Shown here piece by piece: positions 19,511-28,516 of a stretch of DNA of 64,000 bases. The notes beneath the pieces were generated by a model. The model worked only from the letters and a program-made list of their open reading frames with translations. It did no database searches and was not told the DNA's origin. Positions within the stretch are counted from its first letter, which is position 1, and each line of letters starts with the position of its first letter. This DNA comes from an uncultured Kordiimonas sp. (lineage in GTDB: Bacteria > Pseudomonadota > Alphaproteobacteria > Sphingomonadales > Kordiimonadaceae). The translations under genes were made by a program, and so were the position numbers. The DNA lies in the NCBI GenBank assembly GCA_947503625.1, contig CANNEK010000001.1, forward strand, positions 550,152 through 614,151, given 5' to 3'.

Positions 19511-20959
19511 CTACAACAAAACCAGCGCAGCAAGCCCCAAAAAGGCAAAAAACCCAATAACATCAGTTATGGTTGTGACAAACACACTTGAAGCAATAGC
19601 GGGGTCAATACTCATTTTGTGCAGCACCATCGGCACAGCCATGCCCGAAAAACCTGCGACAAAAATATTGACGATCATGGCCACCGCAAAAACGAACGCA
19701 AGCGCCACCCCACCAAACCAGAAATAGGCGACAAAACCTGACACTATTGCAAGAACAAATCCGTTCATACTTGCGGCCGTCAACTCTCGCAATGTCACCC
19801 GCAGCGCATTCGTGGAACTCAGTTCCTTTGTCGCTATTGCACGTACTGCAACTGTCATGGTCTGAGTTCCGGCATTGCCCCCCATGGATGCAACAATCGG
19901 CATCAGAACAGCCAGTGCCACCATTTGTTCAATCGTTGCATCAAACATACCGATAACCGTTGATGCCAGAACCGCAGTACCCAGATTGACCAAAAGCCAG
20001 ACGAAACGGCTGCGCGTAATTTCAATGAAATTTTCGTTCAAACCGGATTCTTCGCCCACGCCCGCCAGCGCAAGAATATCCTCTTCCGCTTCTTCTTCGA
20101 TCACATCAACAACATCATCAACGGTTATCACGCCCACAAGCCTGCCATCACGGTCTACTACGCCGGAAGAAATCAGGTGATATTTGGTGAACTGGTAAGC
20201 GGCTTCTTCCTGATCCATCTCCACATCAATCAGGAATGGCTCTTCATCCATTATCTCTGCGATAACAGACTGACGCTGCATTCGCATCAGCCGGGACACA
20301 GGCAGTGTTCCTACCGGGTGGTGCCCGGGGTCCACGACAAAAATATCATAGAAATCCTTTGGGATGGAATCGTTCTCCGACCTCAGAAAATCGATTGTCT
20401 GGCCAACAGTCCAGAACTGGGGCAACGCGACAAGGTCCCGTTGCATTAGGCGGCCAGCTGAATCTTCCGGGTAGCTTAGGTTTTCTTCAATGGCGGCACG
20501 ATCGTCGCTGGCAAGAGCCTGCATGACCTCTTCACGGTCACCCTCTTCCAATTCTTCGATGACATATACCGCGTCATCAATATCCAACTCGGTGACTGCG
20601 TTGGCAATCTGATCATTGGGCAGATGTTCATAAAGCTCGTCTTGCGCTTCACCCTCGACCTCGGACAGCACATCAGGGTTGATCTTGTCACCCAGAAGCT
20701 CAATCAGTTTAAGGCGGCGCCCGGAAGGTAAGACTTCGAGGATGTCGGCCACATCTGCCGCGTGCAGCTCCCTGAACATCTCCAGAACAGGTTCGCGGGC
20801 CTCCGCTTTCAATGCATCCTGAAGATCATCAATGAAAGGCCGGCTAAGATGCACATCGGTTTGTGGCACTTCCGACAGGTCTTCGAGAGACTGACCCGTT
20901 ACGGTCTGCTCCAGAGCCTGGTCACTCTGATCGTCGCTGTGATGTTTGTTTTGTGTCAA
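19511..20959 (-). CDS. mgtE: Magnesium transporter MgtE
   Basis: N-terminal MgtE domain, CBS pair (SAGRLM...GVITVDD), MPIVASMGGNAGTQ, DPAIASSVFVTTITDV; TTG start. Confidence 0.96.
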   Translation of the reverse strand: MTQNKHHSDDQSDQALEQTVTGQSLEDLSEVPQTDVHLSRPFIDDLQDALKAEAREPVLEMFRELHAADVADILEVLPSGRRLKLIELLGDKINPDVLSEVEGEAQDELYEHLPNDQIANAVTELDIDDAVYVIEELEEGDREEVMQALASDDRAAIEENLSYPEDSAGRLMQRDLVALPQFWTVGQTIDFLRSENDSIPKDFYDIFVVDPGHHPVGTLPVSRLMRMQRQSVIAEIMDEEPFLIDVEMDQEEAAYQFTKYHLISSGVVDRDGRLVGVITVDDVVDVIEEEAEEDILALAGVGEESGLNENFIEITRSRFVWLLVNLGTAVLASTVIGMFDATIEQMVALAVLMPIVASMGGNAGTQTMTVAVRAIATKELSSTNALRVTLRELTAASMNGFVLAIVSGFVAYFWFGGVALAFVFAVAMIVNIFVAGFSGMAVPMVLHKMSIDPAIASSVFVTTITDVIGFFAFLGLAALVLL

Positions 20960-21047
20960 CGCCGTCCCCTAGCCATTGCGAAAGCCCACGCGTGAACATG
21001 ACTTGCCTACAATTGATAAAAGAAAGCAACGAGCGATGCTAGGGGCG
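20960..21047 (-). promoter_or_regulatory. Candidate structured 5' leader sequestering the mgtE SD
   Basis: CCCCUAGC-AU-C-GC (21045-21033) pairs with GC-A-AU-G-GCUAGGGG (20979-20966), which overlaps the SD AGGGGA. Confidence 0.5.
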
Positions 21048-21183
21048 ATTTCTATTACAGTGACCGCCCGGACCTAAATCCATGTCAACGCAAACATTGA
21101 GAGCATTGTATAAAAGGGAAAATGCGGCCTGTTATCGAGCTTTGGTCTCCATCCAGGTGGAAACTGCTCACGAACAACTAAAG

Positions 21184-21218
21184 AAAAAAAGACAACCCAC
21201 AGAATGGATTGCCTTTTT
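21184..21218 (-). terminator. Intrinsic terminator after tRNA-Leu
   Basis: Minus strand GGCAATCCA-TTCTG-TGGGTTGTC-TTTTTTT. Confidence 0.8.
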
Positions 21219-21241
21219 CTAAAATTCCCCAAAAGAGAATT

Positions 21242-21330
21242 TGGTGCGGACGAGAAGACTCGAACTTCCACGGCTAATTAAAGCCACAGCGACCTCAACG
21301 CTGCGCGTCTACCAATTCCGCCACGTCCGC
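21242..21330 (-). tRNA. tRNA-Leu(GAG)
   Basis: GCGGACGTGGCGGAATTGGTAGACGCG CAGCG-TT-GAG-GT-CGCTG, long variable arm, GTTCGAGTC, CGTCCGC-A-CCA. Confidence 0.97.
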
Positions 21331-21342
21331 TGAACGGGCGAC

Positions 21343-21371
21343 TTAGTATCAGCTAAGAGAAAGTGCTGCAA
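21343..21371 (-). promoter_or_regulatory. Sigma70 promoter of tRNA-Leu
   Basis: TTGCAG-N17-TACTAA, 12 nt upstream of the mature 5' end. Confidence 0.65.
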
Positions 21372-21437
21372 GGCAAAAAAGTTGCAATAGTGAAAGAAAT
21401 ACGAGCTTTGGAAAGCGCCGATACAGGGTTGCTACAT

Positions 21438-21680
21438 TCAAACTTGGAGCTGGCTCATCATGCGGGTGATGGAGACGCCAATTTTTTCACCAACGATCAT
21501 GATTTCACCACGGGCGACAAGCTCGCCGTTCGCGTAGATCCAGCACTCATCCTCGTGTTTGGCGTCCAGGTCAATCACCGCGCCCCGGCCCATTTTAAGA
21601 AGCTGGCGTACCGGCATGGAAGTGCGCCCCAGCACAACGGTGATCTCGACGGTAACTCTGCCAACGGCTTGTACGTTCAT
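21438..21680 (-). CDS. fliN: FliN/FliM C-terminal (SpoA)-domain protein, stand-alone FliN-like paralogue
   Basis: VEITVVLGRTSMPVRQLLKMGRGAVIDLD...IYANGELVARGEIMIVGEKIGVSIT. Confidence 0.85.
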   Translation of the reverse strand: MNVQAVGRVTVEITVVLGRTSMPVRQLLKMGRGAVIDLDAKHEDECWIYANGELVARGEIMIVGEKIGVSITRMMSQLQV

Positions 21681-21733
21681 GCGTTTTTCTCTATAGCAGG
21701 TGAAATTTCAACCACCACCATGACGCCCAACTC

Positions 21734-21752
21734 TTATTATTTCGTTAACCAT
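21734..21752 (+). promoter_or_regulatory. CtrA-like binding site upstream of fliN-like gene
   Basis: TTAT-N7-TTAAC (one mismatch to TTAA-N7-TTAAC), extending to TTAACCAT. Confidence 0.6.
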
Positions 21753-21784
21753 AATACCCTTTCCGGGCGAAAAATCGATACAAG

Positions 21785-21800
21785 AGCACTTGGCGTGCCC
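21785..21800 (-). promoter_or_regulatory. Possible sigma54 promoter facing fliN-like gene
   Basis: GGGCAC-GCCAA-GTGCT; invariant GG-N10-GC kept, two mismatches to consensus. Confidence 0.35.
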
Positions 21801-21868
21801 GAAAAAAAACGATAAACCGCCGGAAAAAGGAAGTAAACTCGCCGGAAAAGGCGTGAAAGGGCCAAAAA

Positions 21869-22660
21869 ATGGAAAACGACGCAGCACTTGAGTGGCGGAT
21901 CAGCGATGGCCTTATCGACTATCCATCTGCACTCGAAGAAATGGAAGAGCGCGTCCGGGAAATCCGGGCTGGCGAGGCACCGGAACTTGTTTGGCTACTG
22001 GAGCACCCTCCCCTCTATACCGCCGGAACCAGCGCTGACATTTCCGACCTTGTCGATCCTGACCGTTTCCCGGTGTATGATGCTGGCCGTGGTGGTCAGT
22101 ATACCTACCATGGCCCCGGCCAGCGCGTGGGTTACTTCCTGCTGGATCTCAAGAAACGCGGCAGAGACGTCCGCCAGTTTGTGTTTAGCCTCGAAGAAGT
22201 GATCGTCAGGGCCCTTGCCGCCTTTGGTGTTACCGCAGAGCGTCGCCATGGCCGCGTCGGCGTTTGGGTTACCCGCGAAGACGGACGTGAAGAAAAAGTT
22301 GCCGCCATTGGTGTTCGGGTGCGCCAATGGGTCACCTACCACGGCATCTCAATCAATGTCGAACCGGACCTTGGCCATTTCGAAGGCATTGTGCCGTGCG
22401 GCATTGCAGAACACGGCGTTACAAGCATGGCAGACCTTGGCCTGCCAATCACCATGGATGATCTGGACGTGGTGCTGAAAACCGTTTTTGACGAGGTGTT
22501 CGGACTTGTACCCCGCAAGATGGATGTTGAGTACGAAGCACCCAAAGACGCACCTGAAAAAACATCTGCACTGCCGTATGAGGCGATGCCGACGGAAGAC
22601 AACATCACTGAAGAACAGGGCGAGCCTATCGAGAGCACACACCCCGTTTTTCAGATATAG
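21869..22660 (+). CDS. lipB: Octanoyltransferase LipB with acidic C-terminal extension
   Basis: [48 protein letters not shown]. Confidence 0.96.
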   Translation: MENDAALEWRISDGLIDYPSALEEMEERVREIRAGEAPELVWLLEHPPLYTAGTSADISDLVDPDRFPVYDAGRGGQYTYHGPGQRVGYFLLDLKKRGRDVRQFVFSLEEVIVRALAAFGVTAERRHGRVGVWVTREDGREEKVAAIGVRVRQWVTYHGISINVEPDLGHFEGIVPCGIAEHGVTSMADLGLPITMDDLDVVLKTVFDEVFGLVPRKMDVEYEAPKDAPEKTSALPYEAMPTEDNITEEQGEPIESTHPVFQI

Positions 22661-23491
22661 TCAGGCCTTTGCCAAAGCCGGTGCACCTGCCAGCAATTCG
22701 TCGGGAATATCCTTGCCGCGCGGTATTTCACGGTCCCCGACAATAACGTTTTCCGCACTGAAAGACTGAACATGTCTCCGGTTCAGGATGTAGGAACGGT
22801 GCAATCGGAAAAACTGGTCTGGAAGCCCTTCGAGCGCGGCTTTGATAGAACTGTAGACAACCAGTTTTTCACCGCTCTCCAGATAATAGGTCACATAGTT
22901 GCCCATGCCTTCAATGTAGAGAATTTCATCCGGCCGCAGCAAATGCGTGCGCCGGTTTGCCTTAACCGCAATCGGCGTTGCTGCTTCTGCAAGCTTGTTC
23001 CTGTCTTTCTCATATAGGTAAAACTGATACATCTTAACGGCCGCCACCACCACAACTGTGGTGTTTACCAGCACGGCACTCCGTACCAGCGCGCCGAAGT
23101 CCGCAAGCCCATCCCCGCCGCCGAACAACAAATAATCATAAAAGAAATAACCGGACAAACGCTGTATAGTGGCCGCCGCAAGAATGAGCGTAGCGTACAG
23201 GCCAAAAAACGCACCATATCTCTCGGTCAGCAAGTATCTGGGCATCAGGATATAAATCATCCCGTAAACCGCCAAAACCCGCGGTGGCAGCAAAACAAAT
23301 TCCAGATAGAAAGACGCGAAGTAGCCCCTCTCGGGTGTCATCCATATCAGGCTAAACAGAATATAGTAGCCGAGCCAGAAGACGATATGGGTCAATGGAC
23401 GGGAACCAAAAAGGTAAAACCGTGTCTTAACGCCTGTCTCTTGCGTTTCCGTCATCCTGCTAATTCCATCGTTGGAGTAAATTTCAGCCAT
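22661..23491 (-). CDS. Membrane-anchored LytTR-domain regulator (about 4 TM + LytTR, no receiver or kinase)
   Basis: Hydrophobic segments (HIVFWLGYYILFSLIW etc.); C-terminal EILYIEGMGNYVTYY...LPDQFFRLHRSYILN. Confidence 0.88.
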   Translation of the reverse strand: MAEIYSNDGISRMTETQETGVKTRFYLFGSRPLTHIVFWLGYYILFSLIWMTPERGYFASFYLEFVLLPPRVLAVYGMIYILMPRYLLTERYGAFFGLYATLILAAATIQRLSGYFFYDYLLFGGGDGLADFGALVRSAVLVNTTVVVVAAVKMYQFYLYEKDRNKLAEAATPIAVKANRRTHLLRPDEILYIEGMGNYVTYYLESGEKLVVYSSIKAALEGLPDQFFRLHRSYILNRRHVQSFSAENVIVGDREIPRGKDIPDELLAGAPALAKA

Positions 23492-23643
23492 CCTGATATA
23501 AATCAGTCTGTTTTCACAGGCACGTCTTCGTCAACCTTAAATCACGAGTCACTGCACATGCGTACTCGCAATCTGCTTTCTCTCCGTGGACCGCTTGCTC
23601 TCCATGGATGGAGAAGCCCAACGATTTGAAGGAACGAAACACC

Positions 23644-25020
23644 ATGATATTTGCCAGCCGCACCCTGTGCATATTGACCATTCTTTTTTGCTCTGCAGTT
23701 ATACCGCCTGCTGTTTTTGGTCAGGAAGAGCTCGCCCGTCGCGCTCAGTGGCAAGCCAGATTTGAACGCTTGCCGGAAGCTGGCGTTAGGGTCCGAACTC
23801 TCCAGGAAAACTCCGGGTTGGCGCGCGCCGGAATCGTGGAAGGTGATGTCCTTTTGAACATCAACGGCGCAAGCATAACCTCTGCTGCGGCTTGGGATGA
23901 TATGACAGATGCGCTTGTTGCCGGCCGCGAGTACCGCATTCGGTACCGCCGAGGCACCCAATACGGTGAAACCAGCGCGGTGTTTGACCCGCTGCCCTTC
24001 GAAACCCATGAAGGAATTACCACAATTTATGATCATATCGTCAGTGACTTTGGCATCCGCCAACGGGTCATCATTACGCATCCGGAAGGAACGGCTTCGC
24101 CGCAGCCGGCGATTTTCGTTTTACAGGGCCTGAGTTGCTCAAGCATTGAAAACTGGGCCGGCCGGCGGTCGAATTTCGTCCGGTCTATACAGGATCTGAT
24201 TAATCAGTCCGGTATGGTTGTCATGCGCACCGAAAAACCGGGGCTTGGTGACAGCGAAGGCGATTGCTCGGCCACCGACTTCAGAACCGAACTGAACGGC
24301 TATGAAACCGCACTCAAGAAACTCAAAAGCCTGCCTTATGTCGATCCGGAACGCATCGTTGTTTTTGGCAGCAGTATGGGCAGCGCCCTCGCTCCCTATT
24401 TTGCCAACAAATACCAGCTTAACGGCGTAATTTCCGATGGCACCTATTACCGTACATGGTTCGAACACATGCTTGAGATCGAGCGCCGCATCAAAGCCAT
24501 GGAAGGCAACGATGAAAGTACCGTCAACGGAATGATGAACCAGGCCTACATCCCTTTGTATTATGGTATGTTAATCGAGAAAATGAGCTATCAGGCGGTT
24601 GTCGAGCGCTCGCCCCTTCTTGCGGACTATAATTATCATGACGGTGGCCACATGTATGGTCGGCCAGTCAGTTTCTATCATCAATTGCAGGACTTTGACG
24701 TCGCCGGCAACTGGCATCGGCTTGCTGTACCGGCCCGCATTCGATGGGGCACCAGTGACTGGATCATGTCAGAGGCAGACAATGATATGATCGTTGATGC
24801 GCTGCAGCGCGCCGGAAACACAAATGTAGAACTTCTGAAGTACCCGGGGCTCGACCATTTCGACACCATTCAACCTTCAATGGAAGCCTCATTCAAAGGT
24901 GAAAGCGGTGTTTGGGATGACCGCATATCCGGCCAGCTGGTAGAATGGGCAAAAGACCTGAATGCTCAGAAAAACCAGCGAACAGGTGTTTATGCGGAAA
25001 CACCGGAAGAAAGTCGTTAG
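23644..25020 (+). CDS. Secreted PDZ + alpha/beta-hydrolase
   Basis: Signal peptide; PDZ-like SGLARAGIVEGDVLLNING; EKPGLGDSEG; nucleophile elbow GSSMG; GTSD and LDH as candidate Asp/His. Confidence 0.85.
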   Translation: MIFASRTLCILTILFCSAVIPPAVFGQEELARRAQWQARFERLPEAGVRVRTLQENSGLARAGIVEGDVLLNINGASITSAAAWDDMTDALVAGREYRIRYRRGTQYGETSAVFDPLPFETHEGITTIYDHIVSDFGIRQRVIITHPEGTASPQPAIFVLQGLSCSSIENWAGRRSNFVRSIQDLINQSGMVVMRTEKPGLGDSEGDCSATDFRTELNGYETALKKLKSLPYVDPERIVVFGSSMGSALAPYFANKYQLNGVISDGTYYRTWFEHMLEIERRIKAMEGNDESTVNGMMNQAYIPLYYGMLIEKMSYQAVVERSPLLADYNYHDGGHMYGRPVSFYHQLQDFDVAGNWHRLAVPARIRWGTSDWIMSEADNDMIVDALQRAGNTNVELLKYPGLDHFDTIQPSMEASFKGESGVWDDRISGQLVEWAKDLNAQKNQRTGVYAETPEESR

Positions 25021-25029
25021 CGTGAAGAG

Positions 25030-25353
25030 CTAAACTGTTGGTTTTACTTCAAACCGCTTGGGTGTAAGACCTTGTGCGGGCTCGGTTTCGATGCGGTCAA
25101 CCCGCGCAAGCTCGGGCCCGCGCATCAATAGCGCCAACATGCGGTCAACGACATTGGGCGTTCCACACACCAACGCTTCCACTGTCCCGTCTTCACGGTT
25201 TCTGACCCAGCCATAAAGCCCGAGGCGAGCTGCTTTGGTTTGAACCCAGCCCCTGTACCACACACCCTGTACCTTACCAAATATCCGTGCACGCACGGCC
25301 TTGAAATCTGGCTGGTCGGTATCTAACCGGTCCATATCTGGCTTTTCGCTCAT
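25030..25353 (-). CDS. acyP: Acylphosphatase
   Basis: IFGKVQGVWYRGW...GWVRNREDGTVEA; ATGA overlap with argE stop. Confidence 0.93.
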   Translation of the reverse strand: MSEKPDMDRLDTDQPDFKAVRARIFGKVQGVWYRGWVQTKAARLGLYGWVRNREDGTVEALVCGTPNVVDRMLALLMRGPELARVDRIETEPAQGLTPKRFEVKPTV

Positions 25354-26522
25354 GATGCCATCGCTTCTGTCAGGCGCGCCATGAAACGCGAACATGCTTC
25401 GAGCTCTGTGATCTCAATAAACTCGTCTGGTTTGTGGGCCTGCGCGATATCGCCGGGGCCACAAACAACGGTAGGGAAATCAAGCCCCTGAAAATGCCCG
25501 CCTTCAGTGCCAAATGCCAGCACAGTGGACGCGTTGCGCTGCGCCAGCGACATTGCAAAACTCTCGCCGTCAGACCCTGGTTCTGCCTTGAGAGGCGGCA
25601 GGTAGGCCCAAACTTCGTTGGTGATATCACACTCGGGAAATTTTGCCTTCAGTGACGGCAACACATCGGTTTCAATATAATCCAGATATTGCCTGGTTAT
25701 TGCCGGTCCATCTTCATCTGGCAAAAAACGAAACTCCCAGTCGAATTCGCAACGATTTGAGATAATATTGAACGCACTTCCCCCAGCTATTGGACCAATA
25801 TTAAAGGTTGTATATGGCGGTGAAAAGGCATCGTCAAATGGTCCCTGCTCGCGTGTACGCACAGCCATATCATCGATGTACCGGATAAGCTCAGAGGCAA
25901 CCACAACGGCGTTGACCCCATCATCAGGGCGACTGGAATGGGCTTCGCGGCCTGTAATGCGGGTTTTGGCAACATATTGGCCTTTGTGTGCCGTTGCGAC
26001 CTGCATACTTGTAGGTTCACCAACCACCACAAGCCTTGGCAAGGCAATATGCTCTTTTACAAATGGCAGCATCTCTTGCACGCCGGTGCAGCCAACTTCC
26101 TCGTCAAACGAAAAAACCAGATGGATCGGCTTTTTAAGGGCTGCGGCCTTAAAAGACGGGACATGCGCAAGTGCAACCGCAATAAAGCCCTTCATATCCG
26201 ATGTACCGCGCCCGTATAGTTTACCGCCTGCTTGTGACAGGTCGAAGGCGGGAAAAGTCCAGTCCTGCCCTTCGATTGGCACAACATCGGTATGGCCGGA
26301 TAAAACGACACCGCCAGGCACATTGGCGCCGATAGTGGCGACAAGGTTTGCCTTGGGCTGGCCGTTGGCGTGCAGCACCCTGGCTTCAACCCCATGGCCT
26401 TCCAGAAAGGCTGCAACATGGTTGATTAAATCAAGGTTTGAACGATGGCTGGTCGTATCGAAGGCGATCAGTTCGCCCAGAATACTCAATATGTCATCTA
26501 TTTCCGGCCTCTGAGCGCTCAT
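25350..26522 (-). CDS. argE: Acetylornithine deacetylase (M20)
   Basis: LSGHTDVVP, YGRGTSDMKGF, SFDEEVGC, VVGEPT, HKG, GREAHSS, QAHKPDEF. Confidence 0.92.
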   Translation of the reverse strand: MSAQRPEIDDILSILGELIAFDTTSHRSNLDLINHVAAFLEGHGVEARVLHANGQPKANLVATIGANVPGGVVLSGHTDVVPIEGQDWTFPAFDLSQAGGKLYGRGTSDMKGFIAVALAHVPSFKAAALKKPIHLVFSFDEEVGCTGVQEMLPFVKEHIALPRLVVVGEPTSMQVATAHKGQYVAKTRITGREAHSSRPDDGVNAVVVASELIRYIDDMAVRTREQGPFDDAFSPPYTTFNIGPIAGGSAFNIISNRCEFDWEFRFLPDEDGPAITRQYLDYIETDVLPSLKAKFPECDITNEVWAYLPPLKAEPGSDGESFAMSLAQRNASTVLAFGTEGGHFQGLDFPTVVCGPGDIAQAHKPDEFIEITELEACSRFMARLTEAMAS

Positions 26523-28504
26523 TCAAATTCCATGATAACCGCATCAACAGCAAGACTGTCACCAGCAGCAGCGGCAACTTTTTTGACCACACCGTCTTTT
26601 TCCGCCCGTAGAATATTCTCCATCTTCATGGCTTCAACAACGGCCAGTGCTTGCCCCGCTTTAACCTCGTCACCTTCGTTCACTGACAATGACACAACAA
26701 GGCCGGGCATCGGGCACAACAGGAATTTCGAGGTATCAGGTGCCTCTTTTTCAGGCATCAGCGCCAGCAATTCAGCAGCGCGTTTGGACATGACCCGAAC
26801 ATGTTTGGAAACGCCGTCAGTTGTCAGTGTCCAGCCAAGGCTGTTTCTGTCAACTTCAATGGCTATTTCCTTGCCAGCGATCTCGGCAACCATCACAGGC
26901 GTGCCGGGTATCCATGCACTTTTTATATCAATGCTCTTATCATCAAATGCGACTTCAGCATGATCCTTCAGGGGTACAATCATTGTCGCAACTTCGACAT
27001 CGTCGATACCAATAACCCACTGACGTTCCTGAGGCCCCGGTGGCTGCATGATCTGGCCTTCTATCTGCGTGGCGCGTGATTGCTCTACCGCATTGATGAA
27101 GGTGGCTGCCACAACCAGCGCATCGCGGACTTCGTCAGATAACGCACCACCACTGAAACCGTCAGGGTACTCCTCGGCAATGAAAGCTGTTGTGATGTTG
27201 CCAGACTGAAAACGCGGATGCGCCATCAGGGCAGAAAGAAACGGGATATTATGGGCAATGCCGCGGATATAAAACTTATCAAGAGCTGTGCGCTGTGCCG
27301 CGATCGCTTCGTCCCTTGTTTCACCGTAGGTCACCAGTTTGGCGATCATCGGATCATAGAACATGGATATCTCGGCACCTTCATAGACACCGGTATCCAC
27401 ACGCACCGTTTCGCTTTCAGCCGGGGGGCGATAACGCGTCAGCCGGCCAATCGACGGCAGGAAACCCCGGATCGGGTCTTCTGCATAAACGCGGTTCTCG
27501 ACTGCCCAACCGGTTAACTTGATGTCTTCCTGCGTTAGGGACAGTTTCTCGCCGTTTGCCACCCGCAGCATCTGCTCCACAAGATCGACGCCTGTAACGT
27601 ATTCAGTTACCGGATGTTCCACCTGCAGGCGTGTGTTCATCTCGAGGAAATAGAAGTTTTTATTTTTATCAACAATAAATTCCACGGTGCCGGCACTGCA
27701 ATAATCCACCGCTTTTGACAGGGCAACCGCTTGATCCCCCATGGCTTTTCGGGTCGCGTCATCCAGAAACGGGCTTGGCGCTTCTTCCACCACTTTTTGG
27801 TGGCGACGCTGGATAGAGCATTCCCGCTCGCCCAGGTAGATAACGTTACCGTGCTTGTCACCCAGCACCTGAATTTCAATATGGCGGGGTTCTTCGACAA
27901 ATTTTTCGATGAATACACGATCATCGCCAAAGCTTGATTTTGCCTCGTTTTGCGCCGAGATGAAGCCTTCTCGGGCTTCCTCATCGCTATAGGCTATACG
28001 CATACCCTTACCGCCGCCGCCTGCTGATGCCTTCAGCATCACCGGATAACCAATTTCCGCCGATATCCTTGCGGCTTCTTCTGCGTCTTCGATGATACCC
28101 ATATGCCCGGGTACGGTGGAAACGCCCGCTTCCGCCGCCAGTTTTTTGGACGTGATCTTGTCGCCCATCGCATCAATGGCTTTCGGGTCCGGACCAATAA
28201 AGGCCAGCCCTGCTTTTTGCACAGCTTCAACAAATGATGCCCGTTCCGACAGGAAACCATAACCCGGATGGATGGCTTCTGCCCCGGTGTCCTTCGCAGC
28301 CTGCAGGATTTTATCAGCAAGCAAATAGCTTTCGGCAGCCGCGGGAGGGCCTATGTGTATGGCTTCGTCGGCCATTTCCACATGCAAGGCATCTGCATCG
28401 GCATCAGAATAGACAGCAACCGTTTTCACGCCCATCTTGCGGGCTGTTTTAATCACCCGGCAGGCAATTTCGCCACGGTTGGCGATCAGGATTTTATTGA
28501 ACAC
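26519..28504 (-). CDS. pccA: Propionyl-CoA carboxylase alpha subunit (biotin carboxylase + BCCP)
   Basis: ILIANRGEIAC, HPGYGFLSE, GGGGKGMR, EMNTRLQVEH, EAMKM biotin site; GTG start after GGAG. Confidence 0.93.
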   Translation of the reverse strand: MFNKILIANRGEIACRVIKTARKMGVKTVAVYSDADADALHVEMADEAIHIGPPAAAESYLLADKILQAAKDTGAEAIHPGYGFLSERASFVEAVQKAGLAFIGPDPKAIDAMGDKITSKKLAAEAGVSTVPGHMGIIEDAEEAARISAEIGYPVMLKASAGGGGKGMRIAYSDEEAREGFISAQNEAKSSFGDDRVFIEKFVEEPRHIEIQVLGDKHGNVIYLGERECSIQRRHQKVVEEAPSPFLDDATRKAMGDQAVALSKAVDYCSAGTVEFIVDKNKNFYFLEMNTRLQVEHPVTEYVTGVDLVEQMLRVANGEKLSLTQEDIKLTGWAVENRVYAEDPIRGFLPSIGRLTRYRPPAESETVRVDTGVYEGAEISMFYDPMIAKLVTYGETRDEAIAAQRTALDKFYIRGIAHNIPFLSALMAHPRFQSGNITTAFIAEEYPDGFSGGALSDEVRDALVVAATFINAVEQSRATQIEGQIMQPPGPQERQWVIGIDDVEVATMIVPLKDHAEVAFDDKSIDIKSAWIPGTPVMVAEIAGKEIAIEVDRNSLGWTLTTDGVSKHVRVMSKRAAELLALMPEKEAPDTSKFLLCPMPGLVVSLSVNEGDEVKAGQALAVVEAMKMENILRAEKDGVVKKVAAAAGDSLAVDAVIMEFE

Positions 28505-28516
28505 AGGCAAATGCTC

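Noticed and set aside
21240-21340. tRNA-Leu as an integration site for a genomic island
   Set aside because: No integrase and no duplicated tRNA 3' end seen; flanks are core genes (mgtE, lipB)
21678-21722. 14-codon uORF (MVVVEISPAIEKNA*) overlapping the fliN start by ATGA
   Set aside because: No convincing SD or regulatory codon pattern; could be chance and needs Ribo-seq
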